This document shows positions 25,700 through 36,649 of a stretch of DNA of 64,000 nucleotides, one piece after another. Each line of letters begins with the position of its first letter. Position 1 is the stretch's first letter. The notes below the pieces were generated by a model, which saw only the letters and a program-made list of their open reading frames with translations, had not been told where the DNA came from and made no database searches. The translations under genes were made by a program, and so were the position numbers. This stretch comes from Eledone cirrhosa. Lineage: Eukaryota. Location of the stretch: NCBI GenBank assembly GCA_964016885.1, contig OZ024742.1, positions 193,812,001 to 193,876,000 of the forward strand, written 5' to 3'.

Positions 25700-28600
25700 A
25701 TGGATGTGTTAAGAGTAGGATGTTTGAATGCACGTGGCCTGGGCTCAACTTGGAAGCAAGCAAAGCTTCTAAATGACCTCAGGTCATGTAGTATAAATGT
25801 AATGGTTATCTGTGAAACTCGAATCAGCGTCATGCGGCAGCTGGCCCCCACCTTCGATGACTTTGAGGTGCATGCATCTCTCTGTCAACCTGGAGGTGGG
25901 GGTGGGGTTGTCGTGCTGCTGCAAAAACACCTGGGTCTTGCCGTACAGGTTGTGCACTCGGACCCGGAGGGTCGTTTGTTGGTGCTAGACGTTGGCAGTA
26001 GTGAAAGTGCGGCCTTGAGACTGGTCGCCGTCTACTCCCCTTTCGGAGCTGAACGGCCCGACTTCTTCCAGCGTTTGGAGACTTTTCTGGGAACGTCGCG
26101 TTCCCTGCTTCTAGCGGGGGATTGGAATGACATCCTGGATGCACGTTGGGACTATGCAGGAGCATGTCCTAATAGGGGTGTAACAGCCTCAAGGGGTTAC
26201 TCGACCGTTTTAACTTGGTCGATAGATATCGACTAGATTTTCCAACTGTGCCTACCTGGACTTGGAGAAACCACAGTGGTCAATCTAGATCGTACTTAGA
26301 TAGATTCTTAGTTAGAAGTAAGGATAGGGACATATTAAGCTGTCCAGAAATGCGCACGGTTGGCTACACGGATCACAAATTAGTGACCTGCGTGGTCAAT
26401 CTCGAGAAAACACATAGACAGGGTCCCGGTTACTGGAAACTTAATTTGTCTTTACCGGCAAAAGAGACTTACAGAAACCGGATTAGCAGATTAGTTAAGG
26501 AGAGGTTGACGGGTGCAATCGTCAACAACCGATGGTGGGCATCTCTCAAAAGAGAGATTAGAACAGAATCAATAAGTTATAGCAAGATGTTAGCTGCCAA
26601 TAGGAATAGAAACGAGAAAGAATTAACAGGTAAATTAGAAGAGGCAATCAAGAGCGAAGATGTGGCCAGAGTGCTGGCATCGAGGACGGCCTTGAACCAG
26701 TTTTTCGATGCAAAGCATGAAGGCTGCGTCATTCGAAGTAAAATACGTGCTCTAGGTAATGAGGGGGCCAAAGCCGTTGGATGGGCCCGCGTGACAGAAG
26801 CTAAAAGTGGAAATCGATCCACCATCCGGTCGTTGCAAGACGAAGATGGACGAGTGATCCGGGAGCCTAAGCAGATGTGCGAGGCCTTTCAAAAGCACTT
26901 TGCCCGATTGTTCGGGGGAGGCGAGGGTCCGGGCCGGGGCGTGGATTTCGGTCCATACCTCGACGGCCTGCCGCGTCTCTCGAACAAAGAGGCAGAGTCC
27001 TGCGAGGGACCAATCTCGGCTGATGAGATCGGAGATGCGCTGAGCCAATGCAGCAGACGCAAATCTCCAGGTCTCGATGGTATACCTTACGAACTTTATT
27101 TAGCAATGCCGGTCTTCTTCTCCGAACTCCTCGAAGCGGTCTACTGCAATTGGCAGCAGAACGGGAGAATTCCTTGTTCTGTAGCCAAGGGCGTAGTCAC
27201 GCTGGTGAGGAAGGACGAGAACAAGGGGGATAGTATAAATAATTTTCGGCCCATAACCCTGCTAAACACAGAGTTAAAGATTTTGGCCAAGGTTTTAGCA
27301 AAGAGGTTGGCGCTTGTCGTGGGTGGCCTGGTGGGAGATGCGCAGACATGTGCTATCCCATCCAGGTCCATTCACGATAACCTCCACCTCATGCGATACA
27401 TCATAGAGAGGGTTGGCAACAAACCCGGCTTCGGTGGGGCCCTGATCAACTTGGATCAGTCTAAGGCCTTCGATAGGGTCGACCATGGTTACCTGGATGC
27501 GGTGCTAGCGGCGGCTGGGTTCGGTCCTGTTTTCAGAGGCTGGATCACTGCCCTACATAGCAACCACATCTGTTCTAGGATCAAGGTGAACGGCTACCTT
27601 TCGAAGCCGTTCGAAATCACACGATCCATTCGACAGGGGTGCCCTCTCTCCTCCCTTCTGTACGTATTGACTCTCGAGCCTTTACTGAGGAAGTTGGAGT
27701 TGTTGCAGGGTATCCCCCTGGAACCAGGATTGAGCAAAGCGGTGTCGGCCTACGCCGATGACGTAACAGTAATGGTATCAACCGACTCGGAGATCGAGGC
27801 GATCGGTACCTTACTGGAGGAGTACGAAAGGTTGTCAGGAGCGAAACTGAACCGGGAAAAATCCATCGGGCTGCAACTCGGAACGTGGAGAGGCAAACCG
27901 ATGCCTCCTGACGGTGTCGTCGGACACTGGACGGAGGGCCCGGTAAAGTTGCTTGGGGTCTGGTTTGGACCGGACCTCCAGGTGGAAAAGAACTGGAACG
28001 AGGTTACGAACAAGGTGTTTGCACTAACCCAGAAATGGGCCAAGTGTAAGCTGTCCCTAAAAGGCCGGGCGGAGGTGGCGAACATTTACATAGCGTCCGT
28101 CACTTACTACCGCCTGACTGTCGTGCCTTGCCCTAAGGAAACACTCACCACCATGGAACGCATGCTCTTCCAATTTCTTTGGAAGAAGCGTCCTCCTATG
28201 GTGAGAAGATCCATCTGCTGCCAACAACCTTCGAAAGGAGGGCTGGGGATGCCGTGGTTGATGATGCGTAGGCACGCAGTAAGGCTACGGCACCTACAGG
28301 TATTCCTCACTGGTCAACCGGTGTGGGCTCCGTTCGTGAAACGAGCCTTTCCGAGACTCGTCTCACTCACCGAGCTACAGTCCTGGGTCAAGCAAAGATC
28401 CGGAAAACTGGGAGACTGGCACACTGAGTGTGCTCAGGCGCTCAGGGCTCTCTGGCAAGCGGGCCGGGCCATCGGTGGAGAATCCACCTCATCATTCTAT
28501 AGAGGGCTGGTGGCTAGCAGGGGCGATGACACCCTTGGAGAGTCGCTGGACATGGAAGAAGACGAACTGGCCAGCCTGTTCGGTAGGACTTTCGGCCCAG

Positions 28601-29133
28601 GACCAATGGACAACTTCCAGAAGTCACTGGCCTGGCAGTGCTACCGAGGGGCTCTACCCGTTCGAGAGAGGCTCTACAGACACGGGCGCCCGGGCAGGGA
28701 TCCCTCAAAAAAGATTTGCCCTAGATGCGTGCGTCACGAAGAAACCGTAGCGCACGCATTGGTGCAATGTCCGGGCGTGGCTGATCTGTGGGGCTACGCC
28801 GAACAACTGCTGTCGCGGGTGGCGCCGATTAAATTGACCGCCGAGTCCGTGATGACAATCAAACCGCCTCCCCTCTTCACAAAGGAGGCAAAGGCGGTTT
28901 TTCTGTGCGTAATAGCCATGTTGAAAGAGGTTGTTTGGTGGACACGATTGAAAGGTCTGAGGTCAGGCAACTTCCTCTCTGGCCATAGTCTGGTCTACTT
29001 CTTCCGATATCACTTCGGAAGAAGGATAAGAATGGAGAGAGAGGTGCTTGGCCACAGGCAGTTTTATGAAAGGTGGGTGATAGTGGCGAGAATGGCTCGT
29101 GTAAATGGGCCTTCTCTGTATACCATCCTGTAG
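25700..29133 (+). pseudogene. Tx1/L1 ORF2 (AP endonuclease, RT, C-terminal zinc finger) with one apparent frameshift near 26175
   Basis: Endonuclease motifs VGCLNARGL, ICET, GDWN, SYLDRF and TDH; RT motifs PGLDG, FRPITLLN, LDQSKAFDRV, RQGCPLS and YADD; C-terminal CPRC..ETVAHALVQC. Confidence 0.92.
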
Positions 29134-29639
29134 GTAAAGAAGTAAAGGAGAGGGGAGCACCTTCTCCATGTGCTCCCCGGGCAAAGGATTGCACACTTTT
29201 TCGGGGGTGTGTGCAACCCCCACCACGTCCCCTCCCTTTTGAGGTTATTTTCGATTATTTTCATGTTACACCCTTTTTACTCGATTATATGTAAACTCCC
29301 CCTTTGTATTTGTCCCTTCTTTTTATGCCTTTATGGTAAATAAAGAAATCTATCTATATATTTATCTATCTTCAAAGAGCTATTGTAATTCATATGTTTT
29401 TTATTGTTCTTGTCTGAGGATATATACATGAGTAAATACTGATAGACAGATGGCTATAGACAGACGGCAAAGAAGGTAAATATGTAGGTAGGTATATAAA
29501 GATAGACATATGCAGACAAGAAGGTAGGTAGGTAGTGAGAGATAAATTAGTAGATAGATATATAAATAGATAAGTAGGTAGATAGATAGATGTACAAATT
29601 GATAAGAAGGTAGGTAGTTGCGAAGTTCTTCTTCTTAGA

Positions 29640-29810
29640 CCCCATTCGGTTACGAATTAGTATGGGATTTGCGCCTAGAAGGTTTGCCTCCAGGCAAAGC
29701 TGTTTGTGGAAAACCAGCAATCGTCCACGCCACCGATGATGTCCAAAGAAAATGGCCGATACAGCTTGACACAGGATTCGTCGCAACTCATTTCTACAGC
29801 TGAGTAGATC
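29640..29810 (-). mobile_element. Fragment of a probable second SINE family
   Basis: The reverse complement has ctcagctgtagaaatgagttgcgacg...caagctgtatcggcc, resembling a conserved SINE central domain; recognised from memory only. Confidence 0.4.
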
Positions 29811-29842
29811 TCATACATACACTCTTAGTGACGCACACACAT

Positions 29843-30119
29843 ACGTGTATGCGCTCATAATATGACTTAAGAAAACAGAGGTATGCTGTAAGATTTTTAC
29901 ACTGCTCATAGTCTCAGATGGCATTACTACATCCCAGACAGACAAATATTTAAACTGGTTGTCACACGATCATTAATTTCTAATAATGATGATCGTGTGA
30001 CAGCCAGTTTAAATATTTGTCTGTCTGGGATGTAGTAGTGCCACCTGAGACTATGAGCAGTGTAAACATCTTACAGCATACCACTGTTTTCTTAAGTCAT
30101 ATTATGAGCGCATACACGT
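29843..30119. repeat. ~130-bp inverted repeat (29843-29973 / 29989-30119)
   Basis: The arms are reverse complements with a few mismatches. Confidence 0.92.
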
Positions 30120-30292
30120 GGATTGGCAGTATCGGTAGAGAGTCGGACGCCATGCTTTCCAGCATAGTTACGTCCCTTTACGATCGGAGTTCAAATCCCG
30201 CCGAGGTTGACTTTGCCTTTCATCCTTACGGGGTCGATAAAGTACCAGTAATGCACTGGGTAATTACTGACCTTGTGCCTAAAGTAGAAACA
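30118..30292 (+). mobile_element. Full-length tRNA-derived SINE
   Basis: A and B boxes plus core; the 19-mer attaatttctaataatgat occurs at 29972-29990 and 30293-30311. Confidence 0.9.
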
Positions 30293-30335
30293 ATTAATTT
30301 CTAATAATGATATATATATATATATATATATAACG

Positions 30336-30834
30336 TAGGATTGGAAACAGCACGGAAATATATATTTAAAATCTGTTTTTCTCTTTTTCTTCTTTGATCC
30401 ATGAAAGTGGCATTATTGGAAAAAATAAAACAATTTGTTTTAAATAAAGGAATTTTATTAATTATATAAAATATATAAAATATATTAAAATATTACCGTC
30501 ATCGATGTAATCCATCTTATCAAATACTAGATATTACAATTAAAACTAATTGAAAATGAATTGAAAAAATTAAAAATTAATTGTTGAAGAACGTCTGAAG
30601 AACAAACCTTCTTCAACACTTAATTTTTAATTCTTTTTTAATTGTAATGTTTAATATTTGATAAGATGGATTACATCGAAACCGGTGATATATTATTTAT
30701 CTTATACACTTTATAAAACTACATTTTTTTGAAAAATTGTTCTCATTTTTTCAATAATGCCACTTTGACGGATCAAAGAAGAAAAAACGAAAAATAGATT
30801 TTTTCAATATATTTCAGTGCTGTTTCCAATCCTA
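30336..30834. repeat. Diverged fold-back of a PLE-type terminal repeat, with a U3-A8 HHR-like motif in each arm (+ copy 30654-30691)
   Basis: 30336-30590 mirrors 30610-30834; atat-TTGATAA-gatg(gatta)catc-GAAA-ccgg-TG-atat. Confidence 0.7.
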
Positions 30835-30972
30835 GTTTTTCTCTATAACCTCTGATTTTTATAGAACTTTAATCCCGTTTCATATATGCATATATGAAAT
30901 GGCTTCTACGGGAATAGAACTGCTTCAATCAGGAAGCCTTTGGTTAATAGTGGACCTGTAAAATGCTAAAAG

Positions 30973-31221
30973 ATAACTTTATTCCGGGTTCAATCAGGTG
31001 TAACCACAGTAAGTAATGTACTCAGTACATAGCAGAGTATAAATATTATATATAGAAATGGGTTCTAGAGGATTAGAACAGTTTCATTCGGGAGAAATCA
31101 TCAGAAAGCCCGAATGAAACAGTTCTAGTCCTGTAGAAGCCATTTGTATATTGAATATGTATACTCAACTATGTAGTGAGTACCTTACTTACTGTGGTTC
31201 CTCCCGATTGAACCCGGGATA

Positions 31222-31228
<7 letters not shown>
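30973..31228. repeat. Fold-back of a short dispersed repeat family; other copies at ~41680-41808 and ~48890-48960
   Basis: 30973-31093 mirrors 31109-31228; shared ccgggttcaatc...accacagtaagtaaggtactc. Confidence 0.75.
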
Positions 31229-31281
<53 letters not shown>

Positions 31282-31519
31282 TACTCTGTTCCGGCATCAT
31301 GTGTTGAAACTAAAACAACGTTTGCGTGGAAGTGTTCTTTTAGCATTATAAAAAGAGACAGAAAACATCTCCTTTACTTCACATTTTTTGCACAAATATC
31401 TCGAGAAATACGGTAAATATAAATAAATAAATAAGTATTTATGTTCTCTGTTTCACTCCCTGCCCCTGTCTCCCTCACTCTTCCCGTCTCTCACTTTTAT
31501 GAGGAAATGGGGGCGTTCG

Positions 31520-31720
31520 ATTTGGCCGCCCCGTGGCTCCGGCAGCCAGAATAGAGAAAGCGTTTCCCGGAATATAGTGAAGGAGACGCGCTGGAAGTGC
31601 CATTCCAGCAAGCAAGGCTCACACATGCTGGTAGACAACTCCTTGCCGATGTCCGTGAGTTTGGAGGTGCACTTATTTCTCAGTACCCAAGCCGCAGAAA
31701 GTGCGTCAATTATTTTGGAC
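31520..31720 (-). pseudogene. 3' fragment of a CRE-like non-LTR retrotransposon
   Basis: LTDIGKELST...WHFQRVSFTIFR / NAFSILA across a frameshift; homologous to 17810-17910. Confidence 0.55.
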
Positions 31721-32120
31721 CAGGATATATATAAGTATCTCATAAATAGTTTCTGTGTGTTTTAATAGGTTAAATGAAACGTTAATCCAGTTATATGAGG
31801 GACATTTGGACGTGACTTCCACCTCATAAAGCTTGCTGATGGATACTGTCAACTACGTCTGAGTTAGTAATGTTGAAGATTTACAGCTTTTAAATTACAA
31901 TATTTGTTTTCAAATTTCTCTTTTCTTTCTGAACAAATCTGGAATATTATGAAGTCACTTTACTCTTTATGTTTTAAGTTATGACTTTTCTTGTCTTGTT
32001 TAGTATTCAGTATAAATATTAATGGATTAATTTCCTCTTTCATTGAAGGCATGTCCTGTCAAGTTGATAATCTACAGTTTCTAATAATATTGTTTTTGTT
32101 ATTCATTATTATTACGAATG

Positions 32121-32303
32121 GTGGATTGGCAGTATTGGGAGAGGGTCGGACGCCATGCTTTGACGTATAGAGTTACGGCCCTTGCCATTCTGAGTTCAAA
32201 TCCCGCCGAGGTTAACTTTGCCTTTCATCCTTATGGGGTCGATAAAATAAAAGTACCAGTAATGCACTGAGTAATTGCTGGCCTTGTGCCTAAAGTAGAA
32301 ACA
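32121..32303 (+). mobile_element. Full-length tRNA-derived SINE with 14-bp TSD
   Basis: TSD attattattacgaa at 32105-32118 and 32304-32317. Confidence 0.9.
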
Positions 32304-32604
32304 ATTATTATTACGAAGTTTTTCTAAGCAGAGGACAACAAACCGGGAAAGGGGAACAACCAATGCGAAGGGGGCGATAGCTTAATACGAGGAACTTTTT
32401 CCGAGTGGACATTTGTTACTTACGAATGGGTACCATGACTATCATAATTACATATATAGATTTCCGTTTGCTGATGCTCCATTTTACTGTTCTCTATTTT
32501 ATATAAGCCTCTCTCTCTCATTGTATATAAGCCTCTCTCTCTCCCATGGTATTGTCCCCAATATTCTTGGTCCTTGTAGCCATTAAGATAAAGCTATTAA
32601 TATT

Positions 32605-33278
32605 AAAAGTACCAGTAATATACTGGAACCGATTACATCGGCTTTCCAATTCCCACAAAATTGTTGGTATTGTGCCTAAATAAGATACCATTATTATTAT
32701 CATTACTATAATGTGGTGGCCAGTGGATTGTCAGTATCGGTAGAGCATCAGACAATATGCTTTGCAGCAAGGAGTTACGGCCCTTTACGATCTGAGTTCA
32801 AACCCTGGCGACGTTAACTTTACATTTCATCCTTACGGTGTCGATGAAATAATGTACCAGTAACGTACTGGGATCCATTTAATCTACTTTGACCTTCCCC
32901 AAATTGCTGGCCTTCTGCATATATGAGAAATCGTTATTATAGCGAGCGCGGATGCCATGCTTTTCAGCATAGAGTTAGGGCCCTTTACGGTCTGAGTTCA
33001 AATCCCACCGTTGTTAACTTTGCCTTTCATCCTTCCAGGATTATTATATCGCGCTGGATTGGCAATATCGATAGAGCGTCGAATATCATGCATTGCGAAA
33101 TACAGTTACGTCCGTTTATATTCTAAGTTGGAATCCCATAAAGTTAACTTTGGCTGTCATCCTTGCGATGGTCGATACAGTCAGGTACCAGTATCACCCT
33201 GGTGTCGATTTCATCAACATTCCCGTCCCCTTTAAATTGATGGCCTTGTACCAACAGTATGAACAATTATTATTATTA
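32605..33278 (+). mobile_element. Cluster of about four SINE copies or fragments (32605-32700, 32723-32940, 32945-33035, 33055-33278)
   Basis: Repeated tggattg.cagtatcggtagag heads, tgagttcaaa B boxes and tttcatcctt cores. Confidence 0.82.
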
Positions 33279-33454
33279 ATGTTGTCATTTTTATTGTTTT
33301 CATAATAAAGCAATAAAAAGATAATGTATAATATATTGAAGAACCAGACATCTAATGGACAATCTTGAAAATTGAACGAAATGCAGGAAATGAGTTTTAT
33401 TTTGGAGAATTAGTTGATGGAGCAGACAATGGAGATGGTGGGCAGAGAAAAACA

Positions 33455-33524
<70 letters not shown>

Positions 33525-33550
33525 CATACATACACGTATATATACATATG

Positions 33551-33621
<71 letters not shown>

Positions 33622-33631
33622 GTATATATAA

Positions 33632-33686
<55 letters not shown>

Positions 33687-33867
33687 TGTATATAAATGTG
33701 TATGTGTATGTACGCAGAATGAACATAAACTATAGGTCTATATTGTTCTATCTATTATCTAACTTAGTACTCTGTAATTAAGGAGAGTAGAATGTATATG
33801 TTACCCGAGAGAATGGTCAACAGTCCAACATAAATCGTTTCGATAGCAAACGGCTCCACGCCATAGA

Positions 33868-33930
<63 letters not shown>

Positions 33931-34564
33931 ATGAATGTATATAGAGTGTATTTTGCAATACACTGTATGCTTAAGTAAAAGCATTTCGAAGACCTTATGC
34001 TATTGTTTTAGAGTAGTGAGAGCCTCACTTACTTTAAATTTTCAGCAAATAGCTCCCCTGTTTGCTGAAAGTTAAAGTAAGTGAGACTCTCACTACTGTA
34101 AAAGGTCTTCGAAATGCTTTTAAAGGTCTTCGAAATGCTTCGAAATGCTTTTAATTTAGCATACAGTGTATTGCAAAATACACTATATATACATTCATAT
34201 ATATATATCTATTTCAGAGCACCAATTCTAATTTTCAATTTCTGCTTGACCGGCAACCGGTTTGTATAATCAGTTCCTGATTATTACTAGAATTCTATAG
34301 GAATTAAACATTCATGATTTTCAGCAAACAGGAGGAGTAGTTAGCTTTGATAAGCACCAAAAAGTGCGAAACGGAGCTCTGTCAGCTTTATCTCCCCTGT
34401 TTGCTAAACATTAAAGTAAGTGAGACTGACACTACTCTAAAATAATAGCATAAGTTCTTCGAAATGCTTTTAATTAAGCATACAGTGTATTGCAAAATAC
34501 ACCATATATACACTATATATATACAAAATACACTATATATATCGCTATTTCAGAGCACCAATTC

Positions 34565-34568
<4 letters not shown>
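33931..34568 (+). mobile_element. ORF-less HHR-bearing repeat (retrozyme-like): fold-back at 33931-34198, then one ~336-nt monomer bounded by a 24-bp direct repeat
   Basis: ctatttcagagcaccaattctaat at 34209-34232 and 34545-34568; homologous to 57091-57690. Confidence 0.8.
34323..34405 (+). ncRNA. Type I hammerhead ribozyme with U3-A8 core; predicted GUC cleavage after 34383
   Basis: agct-TTGATAA-gcac(caaaaa)gtgc-GAA-acggagctctg-TC-agct, with outer helix agcaaacagg/cctgtttgct. Confidence 0.85.
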
Positions 34569-34646
<78 letters not shown>

Positions 34647-34862
34647 AAATAACGGAGCAAAGGACTCGCGTATAATCCTGTAATTAAATGAGCTCAAAGG
34701 AAATAGTTTTCCTGGGCACTTTAAAATACAATATATAGACGGGGAAATTCACAGAAGATGTGTTTTTCTTTACAGGAATTTCAAACCACCAGTGTGAAGA
34801 GAATATAAGCTAATAGAGACATAGGAAAAACATTAAAATTAAAAGTATAAATTAAAATGAGA

Positions 34863-34989
34863 AACCAACCTCATACCTAGAGCTCCTAGATCTAGGTATG
34901 AGGTTGGTTTGATACGAACCCACATCTTTGGTTTGCCGGACCCACATCTTTGGTTTGACACGAACCCACATCTTTGGTTTCCCGGACCA
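34863..34989. repeat. 20-bp hairpin followed by three ~21-bp tandem repeats
   Basis: aaaccaacctcatacctaga / tctaggtatgaggttggttt, then acccacatctttggttt three times. Confidence 0.75.
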
Positions 34990-35370
34990 ATATGTTACAT
35001 TTACACCTTCCATTCAATTAGAAGCTATGTAACCATATATATGTATATACGTAGGGAGACAGATTTTGTTTACAAACGTTTAGCGAATATGAAAATTCGA
35101 TAGTAACACGTGCTATGCCGTATTTGACTAAATAGATTTAATCTGTTATTTGCGATTTAAAAAAAAAAACCCTGACTGGAAAAAAAGGAAGAGTATTGAC
35201 ATAGGTTAGTCAGACCAATGTGTTACCATTACACCAACACGCCACCCATGCTTCCTTCCATTCAATTAGAAGTTGTATAAACATAGCAGGTATATATGTA
35301 TATAAATAGGGAGACACAAAGCAGGCTTTGTTTAGTCACACACGGCATAAGCAGATGTTACTACCTAAAT

Positions 35371-35417
<47 letters not shown>

Positions 35418-36457
35418 CAGTTATCTTCAAAATGCAGGTTGATTCTCAATTCTGAACCTGGACTAACGGTAGCTGACGTATATCCGTAAACATTTATTAT
35501 GCAATGCGCAGCATTTTTTAATAAAATATCACAACTTTTCAGACTGGTTTATATACTGGTTATTTACCGGATTCCATTTGTTCAATTTGTTTTACTTTGT
35601 GTATGTGCCTTCTATTCTAAGTCGATAGAATTTGTCTTGCCGTATGTCATTTCACATAGATAATTAAAATTCAATTGTATTATACCTGTGCCAAAATAGA
35701 AAACAATATTAAATCTTGCCAAACACTCATCTTAAGAGGTAGAGAAATGAACCTGCATAGAAATTGGCTGTGGCAACGTTAATTTGAAAGCATTTGATTA
35801 TATGCCTGGCGAATCAGGCTTTATAAAGGAACAAAACAATAAACATTTCAAGGACACGTGTATCTCCAGGTCTCCAAGCGTGTATAAGTATGTTATAAAT
35901 ATATTTATCTCTGCATTTTCTGATTCGGTTTATCACTAGAATCGATAAACCCTGCAACGACTAACCGATCGAATTTTCTTATTACCTATACCTTAGCAAC
36001 TGCCTTCTCATAATCAACTAAAATTCGCCAAATTTGTAACCTTTAGATTTCAACATATATATATATATGTTTTTGTGGTCACACATACACTAATATCTTT
36101 GCCCTCATGTATGGACTTACGGACACGTTTTTTTCATTATACACATACAGTTGTACATACACACACATGTACATGTGTACATATGTATGTTCATATACAC
36201 ACATTTACACAGATCCCCTTACTATATTTCTTTATTTTTATTTTTTATACATTTCTTGTATAATTACTTTTATTTATTTTTTGCCCGTTAAACATTTAGC
36301 CTTTCTTGAGGAGATTTTTTAAATATTTCACTATGTTTTAAATTGCCTTGTCTTACGAACGAATGCGGACGTTTCTTGTATTCGTCTTATTCGAGAAAAG
36401 CTTTGGTTACGAGGTAATATATATATATATTTATATATGTATATATGAGGTAATATA

Positions 36458-36558
<101 letters not shown>

Positions 36559-36649
36559 ATATATGAGGTAATATATATATGTATATATATGTATATATGA
36601 GGTAATATATATATATATATATATATATATGATAAGAGGGTGTTAAAGT

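Larger units (their letters stand above)
23540..29348 (+). mobile_element. Near full-length Tx1/L1-clade non-LTR retrotransposon
   Basis: ORF1 plus ORF2 (APE-RT-CCHC); the 3' UTR ends AATAAAGAAA and is followed by tctatcta. The 5' boundary is approximate. Confidence 0.92.

Noticed and set aside
24419-29294. Overlapping antisense or alternate-frame ORFs in the Tx1 element
   Set aside because: They are shadow ORFs of GC-richer coding sequence with no recognisable motifs.
34918-34989. CRISPR-like array
   Set aside because: The linkers are only 3-5 nt, there are no cas genes, and the context is eukaryotic.
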